This document shows positions 35,763 to 44,576 of a DNA stretch of 64,000 bases, one piece after another (the first letter of the stretch is position 1; each line of letters opens with the position of its first letter). The notes beneath the pieces were generated by a model. That model searched no databases. It was not told where the DNA came from and saw only the letters and a list, made by a program, of their open reading frames with translations. The stretch lies in the sequence record MW812343.1; one strand, written 5' to 3'. The position numbers and the translations under genes were made by a program.

Positions 35763-36304
35763 ACACGAAAATGATTACAAGACAATTAACCAGCGGCGAA
35801 GTGATGTTCAATTACGGGAAGGAGTTTCCTTCCCTGCAAAAGTTACCTATTACCGGGGAGTACATCGTTTTTGAAGACGTCAACAAACCAGCTCTGATTT
35901 GTAAGTACGCGGTGTTGTCGACTTCCAAGGTTATTCTGCTGGAGTCCGTCTTTACCACCAAAAGCGAAATCCCGCTGCGGGAACTCCAAGGGTTCTGTCC
36001 CGGTGGTCCGAAACAGTTAGCTTTTATCTTCGTGTTCCCGCTCTCACTCACGGTAAACGGTAAGCCGCCATCTGGGCTTATCTGTGCCCCGAACGGGGAA
36101 GAAGGGTACACTGGTATCAGCGATGCGTTGATACTGTCTGACGCCCACCACTTCTCGATGAGAGACATTGATAAACTGCTGGTAAACACAGACGGGCGTA
36201 ATGTCGCTGTCTGTTATTCCAGCGAGGTCGAACGTACAAAAGCCCTTCGCCATCTGGCGGAGCAACACAACTATTGTGTAGCAAAACACATTTATTCATT
36301 CTAA
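35747..36304 (+). CDS. Hypothetical protein
   Basis: 185 aa; the exact start is uncertain among several ATGs. Confidence 0.7.
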   Translation: MLNRMNTKMITRQLTSGEVMFNYGKEFPSLQKLPITGEYIVFEDVNKPALICKYAVLSTSKVILLESVFTTKSEIPLRELQGFCPGGPKQLAFIFVFPLSLTVNGKPPSGLICAPNGEEGYTGISDALILSDAHHFSMRDIDKLLVNTDGRNVAVCYSSEVERTKALRHLAEQHNYCVAKHIYSF

Positions 36305-36314
36305 GGAGCACGAC

Positions 36315-36878
36315 ATGCGCTATGAAGCGTTTCACATTTGCAAACCTTCTACCTTCATTGAGTCTCTGAAAGCGATGGAGGGCACCACCCTTGTAGAGAT
36401 GCGCCCCACGTTCTACACCGCAACTCGTGAAGGGGCGCAAGCAATCGCTAAACAGTACGGCAGTGTGACCATCATTCCTGTAACGTTGAGTTTGTCGCGT
36501 CCGTTCATTAATGCGCCTGACGCGTCACGGATTACACTCGACTGGTTCTATGAGTTCTTCCCAGCCTATAAGGTGCTCGCCATTGCAGGACGGTTTGAGC
36601 ACCTTTTAGTCAACACCAGTCGCTGGCAGGAACTCGAAGCCAGTCATGGGACTGAGCTGACATTAACCTCTCTTTACGACCGAAGCCTTCAGGACTTCCT
36701 GACCTTACCTTTAGAAATCTGTGCGATTGCCGAAGACGGCGCGATGCGGAACATGGTAGCGTCAATGGGGTACGACGGCTTCATCTATAGCGGTTCAGGT
36801 GATGCAGAAGGGGAGGTTATCTACTACCCTCTGAACACCGGCAGCATTCGCTATGGTAGTGAAGAAGCGGTTCATTAA
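36315..36878 (+). CDS. Putative ADP-ribosyltransferase-like protein (ART-PolyVal-like, degenerate)
   Basis: FYTATREGAQAIA...V.LSL.RPF...GYDGFIY...EVIYYP...SI resembles the ART-PolyVal pattern; the N-terminal HG motif is degenerate (FHIC). Confidence 0.4.
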   Translation: MRYEAFHICKPSTFIESLKAMEGTTLVEMRPTFYTATREGAQAIAKQYGSVTIIPVTLSLSRPFINAPDASRITLDWFYEFFPAYKVLAIAGRFEHLLVNTSRWQELEASHGTELTLTSLYDRSLQDFLTLPLEICAIAEDGAMRNMVASMGYDGFIYSGSGDAEGEVIYYPLNTGSIRYGSEEAVH

Positions 36879-36883
36879 GCGAC

Positions 36884-36907
36884 GAGGGGCGTTGTCCCCT
36901 CTTTTTT
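36884..36907 (+). terminator. Intrinsic terminator
   Basis: GAGGGG-CGTTGT-CCCCTC followed by T6. Confidence 0.75.
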
Positions 36908-36939
36908 ACAACAGCAATCTATATTTTTAGGATAACATC

Positions 36940-37512
36940 ATGCTACAAATGCACAGCTATTTTGACACGGCTGAATTAGAACGTCTAAACCGCGAAGGGA
37001 AACTTCCTGTTGGGCTTTCGCTAGGCAGTGTCCAACATTGCATGAGCAAAGGGGACGGGGTGCTGATGCTTTTCCGTTGCGACCGTTCATGGGACATCAA
37101 AGCAGTATTCATCTCGCTGCCAATCGATGAGGCTAAGAATAAGCGTAAGCTACTCTCAGCATTCTGCTCGGTCAGTGAGTTGCCTTCGGATGCATTCTAT
37201 CACCATCTGGAGTCCAACCATTTCACCTCGGCTGAAATACACGTTCCATCATCGTCATGTCTTTCTGACGACTTCCCAGAGGAGGTCGTGTACCGTCACG
37301 TTCGCCAAGCACCGGGTGTGCCGGATACGCTGCGGATTATTGAACCGGGTCTCGTCGATGAGGTCTTGGCTAAATTAGAAGCCAACGACCGCCGTGAACG
37401 TATGGAGATTTACGTCGAACGTAAAGCCATTAAAGACGTCGGTAACAATTTACGTGGGCTGATTAAACTCGGCTTCCTTACACGTAAGTTCATTTATCGC
37501 ATCACGCAATAG
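36940..37512 (+). CDS. Hypothetical protein
   Basis: 190 aa; AGGA RBS. Confidence 0.75.
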   Translation: MLQMHSYFDTAELERLNREGKLPVGLSLGSVQHCMSKGDGVLMLFRCDRSWDIKAVFISLPIDEAKNKRKLLSAFCSVSELPSDAFYHHLESNHFTSAEIHVPSSSCLSDDFPEEVVYRHVRQAPGVPDTLRIIEPGLVDEVLAKLEANDRRERMEIYVERKAIKDVGNNLRGLIKLGFLTRKFIYRITQ

Positions 37513-37518
37513 AAATAA

Positions 37519-37536
37519 TCTCAGATATATATTACC
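37519..37536 (+). promoter_or_regulatory. Early promoter motif, copy 2
   Basis: TCTCAGATATATATTACC, intergenic. Confidence 0.7.
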
Positions 37537-37592
37537 TAGGTGAGAGTTAGCTATTAACTCTTGCCTTTCTTTCATTTACAAGGACTAACATC

Positions 37593-38057
37593 GTGGATAA
37601 ATCAACCGTTATTGCCGTTCGTAAAGTGCTGGCCAACCGCAACACAATTATTAACCGCTTTGAAGGCTTCAAAGATAAGCTGGATGAATTGTGGAAAGTA
37701 GTACGTGAAGCCAACGGCGACAATGAGCATCTTACCTCTGATACCCCAGCGGTGGTGTTTGCGCTGAACCTGCCAATGTCTGTCCGTATCGCAATTATGG
37801 ACAAGTTCTGCAATTGGGCAGACGGTCGTGCTCGTAATGTTCTTGGTGATCTCGAACTGAAAGAAAACGACGTCGAAATTGAAAACTATATTCGTTGTGC
37901 GGTTGAACGTGTCGCTGACAGCGTCTTTATCAAGTTTATTGAAGACCTGAGCGGGATCGAGCACCGTATCGAAATCGCTTATTCTGAGCTGGCCGGGATG
38001 ATTGCAGGTGGGTACAACTTCAATGAAGAATCCCGTCTCTTCTTTACTGTCCGCTGA
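37593..38057 (+). CDS. Hypothetical protein
   Basis: 154 aa; GTG start after AAGGA. Confidence 0.7.
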   Translation: MDKSTVIAVRKVLANRNTIINRFEGFKDKLDELWKVVREANGDNEHLTSDTPAVVFALNLPMSVRIAIMDKFCNWADGRARNVLGDLELKENDVEIENYIRCAVERVADSVFIKFIEDLSGIEHRIEIAYSELAGMIAGGYNFNEESRLFFTVR

Positions 38058-38114
38058 TTCCTTGTGGTGGCCCTCGTGGCCGCCGCATCTTTAACTTTTT
38101 TAAGAGAATAAAAA

Positions 38115-38498
38115 ATGCGCAAGCTCTTATCGACTATCGCGGTGGTTTGTTTTGTACTGGCAGGTCTGTCTAAAGTGGTGGAAGCGAACGATGTCACGTT
38201 CGATAAATTCAAACCGGCGGACGATACGTATCCGATGGCTCCCGATGAACATGCCGAGATGCTTCGATTTCAAGGAGACATCTACGTGTACAAGTTGGTG
38301 GGCATGGATGGCAGCTGTCGCGGAGTGGCCGTTGCAAACAGTAATACCCGTTTCTATCAGCGACTCGAAGATATCGGATGTGACCCCGACATCGACCATG
38401 TGTCCTTTGCCCCTTCTGAATTAGAAGGGTACCAGACGTTGAACTTCTACAGTAAAACGATCGCCGTTGGGCGAATCACTATTAAAGCTCAGGAGTAA
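38115..38498 (+). CDS. Secreted/periplasmic protein, paralog 1
   Basis: Sec signal MRKLLSTIAVVCFVLAGLSKVVEA; G.C...N...GCDP motif. Confidence 0.7.
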   Translation: MRKLLSTIAVVCFVLAGLSKVVEANDVTFDKFKPADDTYPMAPDEHAEMLRFQGDIYVYKLVGMDGSCRGVAVANSNTRFYQRLEDIGCDPDIDHVSFAPSELEGYQTLNFYSKTIAVGRITIKAQE

Positions 38499-38502
38499 TA
38501 CC

Positions 38503-38904
38503 ATGAAAACTATCCTCACGTTACTGGCTCTGACCCTGATTAGTTTTGCCAATCTGACTTACGCAAACTCTGTACCACGGTATCCAGACCATATCACCTA
38601 CGAGAAGACCAAAGTCTCCTTCTGGTGTCAACGTGAGGATATCAAGTCAGGCGATTGCACTGTGGTAAGCATGACACCTGACCAAGAGTGGGTGTCCGTC
38701 ACCGGCACACCGGGCACGGCTTGTGAAGATACCCCAATTGGTATCGTTAACATGCGTACCGGTAAAGCGCGCGATATCGATTACGACGGTGGCTGCCAAA
38801 CGCAGACTCGTCCGCAGTTTGTTCGTCTGGACAACGGCAAGATAGGCTTGCAGGTTGTCGACATTAAAGCCGATTGGGCTATCACCACCGTTCCCGTGAA
38901 CTAA
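38503..38904 (+). CDS. Secreted/periplasmic protein, paralog 2
   Basis: ATG at 38503 after AGGAG; Sec signal ending LTYA; 4 Cys. Confidence 0.7.
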   Translation: MKTILTLLALTLISFANLTYANSVPRYPDHITYEKTKVSFWCQREDIKSGDCTVVSMTPDQEWVSVTGTPGTACEDTPIGIVNMRTGKARDIDYDGGCQTQTRPQFVRLDNGKIGLQVVDIKADWAITTVPVN

Positions 38905-38914
38905 GGAAAGTCAA

Positions 38915-39304
38915 ATGCGCCACACCATCGCAGTTATCACCGGTTTCGTTTTCGCCTTAGCCGTTTCGCTTATTCCCACCGCTTCCGCGTCTACGGACAT
39001 CGGTGCTATCTTGCAGGAAATCCAGTACCAGTATAACCCGCCTGACTTCGGCGTGTGTGCAAACGGTACCGTGGCGTGTAAAGAGGTTGGCAAGAAGGAC
39101 GAGTTCATTCTCGTCCATGCTGACGGTGGTAACCACTGCCCTGCGGGTTACTATTTCATCCTGAATTCTAAAGAGGGTGTCATCGAACCGGTCATTGCAC
39201 CGACTTGTGACCCTTCGTTGAAAATCGGATTCGCACACAGTAGCCGTGCAATCGAACTCGCCATGTTTGGTAAAGTGGCGGGTACGGTTCCGCTCGACCG
39301 CTAA
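38915..39304 (+). CDS. Secreted/periplasmic protein, paralog 3
   Basis: Sec signal ending ASA; 4 Cys; TCDP motif. Confidence 0.7.
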   Translation: MRHTIAVITGFVFALAVSLIPTASASTDIGAILQEIQYQYNPPDFGVCANGTVACKEVGKKDEFILVHADGGNHCPAGYYFILNSKEGVIEPVIAPTCDPSLKIGFAHSSRAIELAMFGKVAGTVPLDR

Positions 39305-39310
39305 CAGTTT

Positions 39311-39363
39311 GGCCCTGCGACGTTTTCCCCCTAAGATGTTATCCTGGTTGCAGGGTCCTTTTT
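39311..39363 (+). terminator. Large-loop hairpin followed by a T-tract
   Basis: GGCCCTGCGAC-N24-GTTGCAGGGTC followed by CTTTTTA. Confidence 0.45.
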
Positions 39364-39388
39364 ATTCTTGACTATCGAGGTTTATATC

Positions 39389-39934
39389 ATGATTGAAGCT
39401 ATCACAGGTGTTGTTGCAACTGCCCGCCGTTACTTTGAAGTGAAAACAGCGTACAACATTGACCGGTTCCGTTTCCAGTCAATGGTCTCCACAGCGCACA
39501 AACTGCTGACCTTATCCGACGCCATCAAACGTGATGGGGATGAGCAGGCTGTCGCGTTGGCGGAGAGTATCAGCCACCATTGGTTTACGAAGACGTTAGG
39601 TTCAAGCCTGTTCGCGGAGCACAAAGATGCGTTCTTAGCGGTACAGTCTTGGGTCTACGCTTCGGGCCATCATTTCGACGTGTCGCAGAACCAATACGCG
39701 ACCGATGAGTATTGCCAATACATTCTGGTCTTACCACCTGCTACCTCGACGCCTAAAATTCTGAACCTGACCAATTCAGAAATGGCGTTACCGGATTTTG
39801 TTCGCTCGGAGCGTGACAAAAAGGCAAACGGTGTGCTGCAAATTGGTAAGCGCCGTTTACCTATCTTTGATTTTACTCGCCGTGAGTCAGGACCATCGTA
39901 CAATATCGTGAGCGGATATTGGCCGACGGTCTAA
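39389..39934 (+). CDS. Hypothetical protein
   Basis: ATG at 39389 follows GACTATCGAGG. Confidence 0.75.
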   Translation: MIEAITGVVATARRYFEVKTAYNIDRFRFQSMVSTAHKLLTLSDAIKRDGDEQAVALAESISHHWFTKTLGSSLFAEHKDAFLAVQSWVYASGHHFDVSQNQYATDEYCQYILVLPPATSTPKILNLTNSEMALPDFVRSERDKKANGVLQIGKRRLPIFDFTRRESGPSYNIVSGYWPTV

Positions 39935-39940
39935 GTCGCA

Positions 39941-39973
39941 GGGGGTGGGGGCTATTGCCCACCCTCTTTTTTT
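39941..39973 (+). terminator. Intrinsic terminator
   Basis: GGGGGTGGG-N8-CCCACCCTC followed by T7. Confidence 0.75.
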
Positions 39974-39991
39974 GCCCAAAAAGGAACCATT

Positions 39992-40567
39992 ATGATTGAC
40001 CAACAGTTGTTGAATGCTATTCGTGTACTGGATATCCAAGAGTCGCTGAAAAACGGCACCAGTGCGTTTATGATGGGATGCTCGAAAGAGACGTTCGATC
40101 TTTTCCGCGCACATCCAACGCTCGGGCCATGGTTAGAGAAAACCTACCCGCTGACACTGGCGGCGATTGATGCGTACTTCGAAGAACCCGAAGAAGAACG
40201 TAACATGCACGAAGACCCGTTCCGTTATCTGACCAATTCAGAAATGCCTGTGCGTGTTATGCTCGTCAGCGACACCGAGAATGGTGTGCGTTGTGAATTC
40301 CCTGAATGGGAAGGCGGCAAATCCCATGTGGTCATTATCCGAAACGCAGCAGGTTATCAAAAGGTGGGGCCTGCTGGTACCCTGTACGATTTCCAAAATC
40401 CACACACCCCCTATATCGTGCCGGTCTTCCTCGGTGAAAAAGCCCCACTCTATACCCACGCCCTTGCGGTGATGATGACACAGGTTACACTGGACCTGTT
40501 ACAGTCAGAGCGTGGTGTCGAATGGAGTAACGTTTTAGCAGAGCGTTCAAAGCAGGCACATGCCTGA
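39992..40567 (+). CDS. Hypothetical protein
   Basis: 191 aa; AAGGA RBS. Confidence 0.75.
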   Translation: MIDQQLLNAIRVLDIQESLKNGTSAFMMGCSKETFDLFRAHPTLGPWLEKTYPLTLAAIDAYFEEPEEERNMHEDPFRYLTNSEMPVRVMLVSDTENGVRCEFPEWEGGKSHVVIIRNAAGYQKVGPAGTLYDFQNPHTPYIVPVFLGEKAPLYTHALAVMMTQVTLDLLQSERGVEWSNVLAERSKQAHA

Positions 40568-40570
40568 TAC

Positions 40571-40603
40571 GGTGGCCTTCGGGCCACCTCCTTTAATTTT
40601 TTT
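40571..40603 (+). terminator. Intrinsic terminator (cUUCGg tetraloop)
   Basis: GGTGGCC-TTCG-GGCCACC followed by a T-rich tract. Confidence 0.7.
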
Positions 40604-40657
40604 ACGTGAGTATTAGTGATTATGAAAGAACTACAACTAATTCATTAGGACCTCACG

Positions 40658-43171
40658 ATGCTGAAGGTTGAGCGCATTATTCTAAAAGGTTTTACGGGCA
40701 TGGGATTGCACGAAATCGAAACCTTTGATTTCACCATCATGTCCGACGTAACAATTATCCTTGGGGGAAATGGTTGCGGGAAAACCAGTTTGTTAAATGT
40801 CTTCTTCCCCATTGCACCACCGAAAACCGATTTCATCGACGGTGGGGTGTACACCAATATCGCTATCTGCGGTGATGACCGTTACGAGTTCAAAGTGAAA
40901 CGTGACGGGAACAGCTTGGTTTGCTTTATTAAGAACCTGAGCAAAGATTTAGTGGTGTTGGATCACGCCAATGCCAAAGTGTACAATTCCCGTGTCTTTG
41001 AATTGACCGGAATTGACAAAGAAGTTAAAGAGCTGATTAATGGCGAAGCGTTACTGACCAACGGTAATACCGAGCAGCGCCGCAAATGGTTCACCCGTAT
41101 GTCAACGTCTGATTTGAACTACGCCTTAGACTTCTACAAGAAGCTGCGTAAACAGGCCAGTCTGATGAACGGGGCCATCGACCACACGGCAAAGAAAATT
41201 GCGGATTTGCAGGTGCGGGTGTTGCACGATGAGGATGAGCGTAAACAGTTAAGTGCCCGCCTTGTCGAAATGGAAACTGAACTGCGTACGCTTGATGAAG
41301 CTATCGGTCTGCTTCCTCACTTTGATGGGTCAGCGAACAAAGAGAAGATTGTAGCGTTCTTAAAGAGCCTTGAGAGCCAAGTGGCCAAAGTGCTTAACGA
41401 GCGGACACTGCCAACCGATTTGGATATCAGTGTTGCTGAGCAAAATCTTTCTATTTGGAAAGAGTCAGCCGCATCAGCAGACGCTACCGCTGAAGCGTAC
41501 AGTCGTGAACTGTCTATTTTGATGGATGAGTCGACGCGTCAGGAATACCTGATGAAGAACCACAGTGGGCTTAAAGACACGATCGAACGCCAGACGGCTA
41601 CGTTAAACGAAATCTCCAAACATCTCGTTGCATGGGATATCTTGGCAACCGATGAATCGCTTCATACGCAGATGCTCGTAAACGCGCAGAACGACCTCTC
41701 TCAGTGGTCTTACAGTTTGTCTGCGTCGTTGGATGAGATTAACCATCCGTCGCGTCTACGTGAGGCTGAGGAGCGTTTAGCGGGTCATGACACCGTGTCT
41801 GCGGGGTTGCGTGAGAAGCTTCAACGTGCAGAGTCGGTACTGAGTGGTTTGGAATATGACCGCACACATTTCCTCGACACGCAGGAGGTCACATGTCCAC
41901 GTTGTACCCATGTGTTCCGACCGGGCGTAAATGACAGTCTTGAAAATATCGAGCGTGCCATTGCAAATGAAGTCAGGATATGTGCGGAGTTTCGTACAAC
42001 GATTGAGGTACATCACTCCAGTCGTGGCGATATAGAAACCGACGTCGTGGCGAAGCGACGTATACGTGACATTATCATGACGTACACGAAAGACCCGGTC
42101 GTTGGTCTCTTCTTCAAACGGTTGATTGAAGAAGAAGTCTTTACCGTAAACCGTGACCGTTACAACATGTTATCGATGCAGTTCTTTGACGAACTGAAAC
42201 AAGCGATTGAATACCGCCGGGTGTTTGATGCGTTAGTGAAGTCGAAAAAGGATTGGGATGAGGCGATTAATGCAGTGGGGAATATTGACGGGGCACTCAA
42301 CTCGAAGATAGACCGCATTCGTGCGTTATTGGCCGAGTCTTCTCAGAAGCGCTCAGACGCGCAACGTGAGGTCGTGAAATGGCGTGAAGCGTTACACCGT
42401 TTAAACGACATACGCACGACAGTGGAGTTCCTGAGCCGCGCATTTACGGTTCTGGATACCATGATTGAAACTTCCACAACCAACGTGATGGTGAGCTGCT
42501 TACAAACCAAACGACAATCGTTACTCGACACGTATGCTGTGGCGCGTGACCGTTTTCGTCAAATGGACAGTGAGTTGTCAAACCTTGCCACGTTGGTTGC
42601 GGAGCAGAAGGAACTGCAAACACGACAGAAGAACATTCGTCTCATGATTACTGCGTGGTCGCCGGAGAAAGGGGTACTGAAAAAGTACATCTACAATTCG
42701 GTGGTGCGTATTACGGAGATGATGAACAAGTACATCGGGGCGGTGTGGCAATACCCGATGAACGTGCTGCCGTGTGATGTCAGTGAAGGCGATTTGGATT
42801 ACACGTTCCCGTACACGCTAAAAAACAACCCGGACCCTGTGGTGGATGTTGTTAAGGGTTCCAAAGCACAAAAGAACATCTTCAACCTGAGCTACCGCTT
42901 GACCGCGTACAAAGGACTGAACTTACGTCAGTACCCTTTGCTATTGGACGAGCCGTCAGAAGGGATGGATGAGGAACACAAGCAAGCGCTCGTGGCCTTT
43001 ATCAAGATGTTGGCTGAATCGGGGGAATTCTCTCAGGTGATTGTGGTCTCACACGAACCTGAAGTGCATTCCAAGTTGAACGAAGCGACGTACTGTGTTG
43101 TTGAGCCGACCGGGGTGACACTCCCGCCAGTTTACAACGTGGGCGTGAAAATCAAATACGCAGGTCAGTGA
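40658..43171 (+). CDS. sbcC: SbcC/Rad50-like SMC ATPase
   Basis: Walker A GGNGCGKT, long coiled coils, zinc hook CPRC, degenerate signature GSKAQ, Walker B/D-loop LLLDEPSEGMD and H-loop VSHE. Confidence 0.93.
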   Translation: MLKVERIILKGFTGMGLHEIETFDFTIMSDVTIILGGNGCGKTSLLNVFFPIAPPKTDFIDGGVYTNIAICGDDRYEFKVKRDGNSLVCFIKNLSKDLVVLDHANAKVYNSRVFELTGIDKEVKELINGEALLTNGNTEQRRKWFTRMSTSDLNYALDFYKKLRKQASLMNGAIDHTAKKIADLQVRVLHDEDERKQLSARLVEMETELRTLDEAIGLLPHFDGSANKEKIVAFLKSLESQVAKVLNERTLPTDLDISVAEQNLSIWKESAASADATAEAYSRELSILMDESTRQEYLMKNHSGLKDTIERQTATLNEISKHLVAWDILATDESLHTQMLVNAQNDLSQWSYSLSASLDEINHPSRLREAEERLAGHDTVSAGLREKLQRAESVLSGLEYDRTHFLDTQEVTCPRCTHVFRPGVNDSLENIERAIANEVRICAEFRTTIEVHHSSRGDIETDVVAKRRIRDIIMTYTKDPVVGLFFKRLIEEEVFTVNRDRYNMLSMQFFDELKQAIEYRRVFDALVKSKKDWDEAINAVGNIDGALNSKIDRIRALLAESSQKRSDAQREVVKWREALHRLNDIRTTVEFLSRAFTVLDTMIETSTTNVMVSCLQTKRQSLLDTYAVARDRFRQMDSELSNLATLVAEQKELQTRQKNIRLMITAWSPEKGVLKKYIYNSVVRITEMMNKYIGAVWQYPMNVLPCDVSEGDLDYTFPYTLKNNPDPVVDVVKGSKAQKNIFNLSYRLTAYKGLNLRQYPLLLDEPSEGMDEEHKQALVAFIKMLAESGEFSQVIVVSHEPEVHSKLNEATYCVVEPTGVTLPPVYNVGVKIKYAGQ

Positions 43172-43344
43172 TGTATAATGCCACGGTAACAGTAGTTGGT
43201 TGGATATGGACGGTGCTCTACATCGTCTTCGGGGCAGGTTGGGCGGTCGGGATTGCGACCGCTTCACTGTTCATGATTGCATGGCCGATGCCTTTGCGTT
43301 TTGCTAAACGGGTGAAAACCAAAATCAAAGGAGACAAGCCGTGA
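43171..43344 (+). CDS. Small membrane protein (57 aa)
   Basis: TGATG coupling to the sbcC stop; MYNATVTVVGWIWTVLYIVFGAGWAVGIATASLFMIAWPMPLRFAKRVK... Confidence 0.6.
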   Translation: MYNATVTVVGWIWTVLYIVFGAGWAVGIATASLFMIAWPMPLRFAKRVKTKIKGDKP

Positions 43345-43448
43345 TTTTCGATATGTTGTTTACGTTGGGTTGTTTGTACCTTATTGCACGTTCTCTGAAC
43401 TGGGTGCTGAAGCGTGCGAAATTTAAAGGAGCCTTCGATGAATTGTAA
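43341..43448 (+). CDS. Small membrane protein (35 aa)
   Basis: GTGA overlap; AAGGAG RBS; MIFDMLFTLGCLYLIARSLNWVLKRAKFKGAFDEL. Confidence 0.5.
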   Translation: MIFDMLFTLGCLYLIARSLNWVLKRAKFKGAFDEL

Positions 43449-43635
43449 GAACAAATCGTGCACGCGCACGATTACGTGGTGGGATGGGGTCGCCATCATC
43501 GGGATGTTGTTGATAGTCCTTTTTTTGAAGTGGGATTGGTTCACCATCGCCATCGTGTCGCTTGAGTCGTTTGTTGTCGGAATGCGTTTCGGTCGAAACC
43601 CGTCGTATTTCAAACCGCTGCTGTTCTGGCGGTAG
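43438..43635 (+). CDS. Small membrane protein (65 aa)
   Basis: AAGGAG RBS; two hydrophobic segments. Confidence 0.6.
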   Translation: MNCKNKSCTRTITWWDGVAIIGMLLIVLFLKWDWFTIAIVSLESFVVGMRFGRNPSYFKPLLFWR

Positions 43636-43639
43636 AATA

Positions 43640-43744
43640 ATGAAAATATTGAAACGTTTATTTTGCTCCACCATTTACTTCGTTACGGGTACAAGCGCAT
43701 TTGCCTTTGGGGCGGTGTATTCCTTGTGCATGGGATTGTTCTGA
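43640..43744 (+). CDS. Small membrane protein (34 aa)
   Basis: MKILKRLFCSTIYFVTGTSAFAFGAVYSLCMGLF; starts 4 nt after the previous stop. Confidence 0.45.
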   Translation: MKILKRLFCSTIYFVTGTSAFAFGAVYSLCMGLF

Positions 43745-43758
43745 AATAGGACCAATTC

Positions 43759-44010
43759 ATGAATAAAGAAAATCCACCTGAGGCTGAGGACATCGAGGAC
43801 AGGGTACGAAAGATTGTGGTTATCGGTTTGGGTATGACCGGCATCCCTGTTGGACGGCCTATTGATGACTTCGCCCAGGAAGTAAAACTGGAGAACGTGA
43901 AGTTGGAGCGGCGTTTCGGGGAAGACTGGCGGGGAAACCAGAGAAGCCACGATCGGCGTGTGGGGAAACACGCCGCGATGACTCGACTTTGGAAAAGTCA
44001 ACGACGCTGA
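43759..44010 (+). CDS. Hypothetical protein with a Rossmann-like KIVVIGLGMTG strand-loop and Arg-rich tail
   Basis: 83 aa; AGGA RBS. Confidence 0.6.
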   Translation: MNKENPPEAEDIEDRVRKIVVIGLGMTGIPVGRPIDDFAQEVKLENVKLERRFGEDWRGNQRSHDRRVGKHAAMTRLWKSQRR

Positions 44011-44085
44011 TAGCAACAATGCTATGCGTGCCTACGCAACCAACTTCACTAACCGTGTAACAGCGGTCTCACTCAGGATAAAAAG

Positions 44086-44571
44086 ATGATTGAAGCAGCG
44101 ATTCTTAAAGACTCGACTGAGCTGACACAAGATCAGCAGAAACAGTTGTTAGGTTTACATTATGCTTTTTTGAATTACCAGCGCACCACGCTGGATGTAA
44201 AATTAGATGTTCCTGAACTTGCCATTAGCACGCTGTTCCGGGGCAACCGTATTGCGGTTGCACTTGTCGCAGGCCGTGTGATTGGCTACTGCATTTACCG
44301 GGTTATCTCCGGGGTGCTCAAACTTCGCACGCTCTATGTCGCTGAAGAGTACCGTCGTTCCGGTACCATGACTGCACTCATCGAGCTGATTAACAGCCGC
44401 GAAGTGTACGCAAACGCACAACTGACAATCCACCAGAAATGCCGTCCTGCGTACAACCTCTTTACACGTCTCGGGTACGTGGCCAGTGAGTTAGATGGCT
44501 GGTTAAACCTGTTCTTTGATAAACACGCCAGTTTGGCCAATAACAAGACCACACAGTCAGTCGTTGTTTAA
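44086..44571 (+). CDS. GNAT family acetyltransferase
   Basis: Motif A LYVAEEYRRSG; motif B ..AYNLFTRLGY. Confidence 0.85.
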   Translation: MIEAAILKDSTELTQDQQKQLLGLHYAFLNYQRTTLDVKLDVPELAISTLFRGNRIAVALVAGRVIGYCIYRVISGVLKLRTLYVAEEYRRSGTMTALIELINSREVYANAQLTIHQKCRPAYNLFTRLGYVASELDGWLNLFFDKHASLANNKTTQSVVV

Positions 44572-44576
44572 AGCGG

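Noticed and set aside
40658-43171. sbcC without adjacent sbcD as a novel system
   Set aside because: Unlinked SbcC and SbcD genes are the usual arrangement in phiKZ-like phages as recalled, so the partner is probably outside the window.
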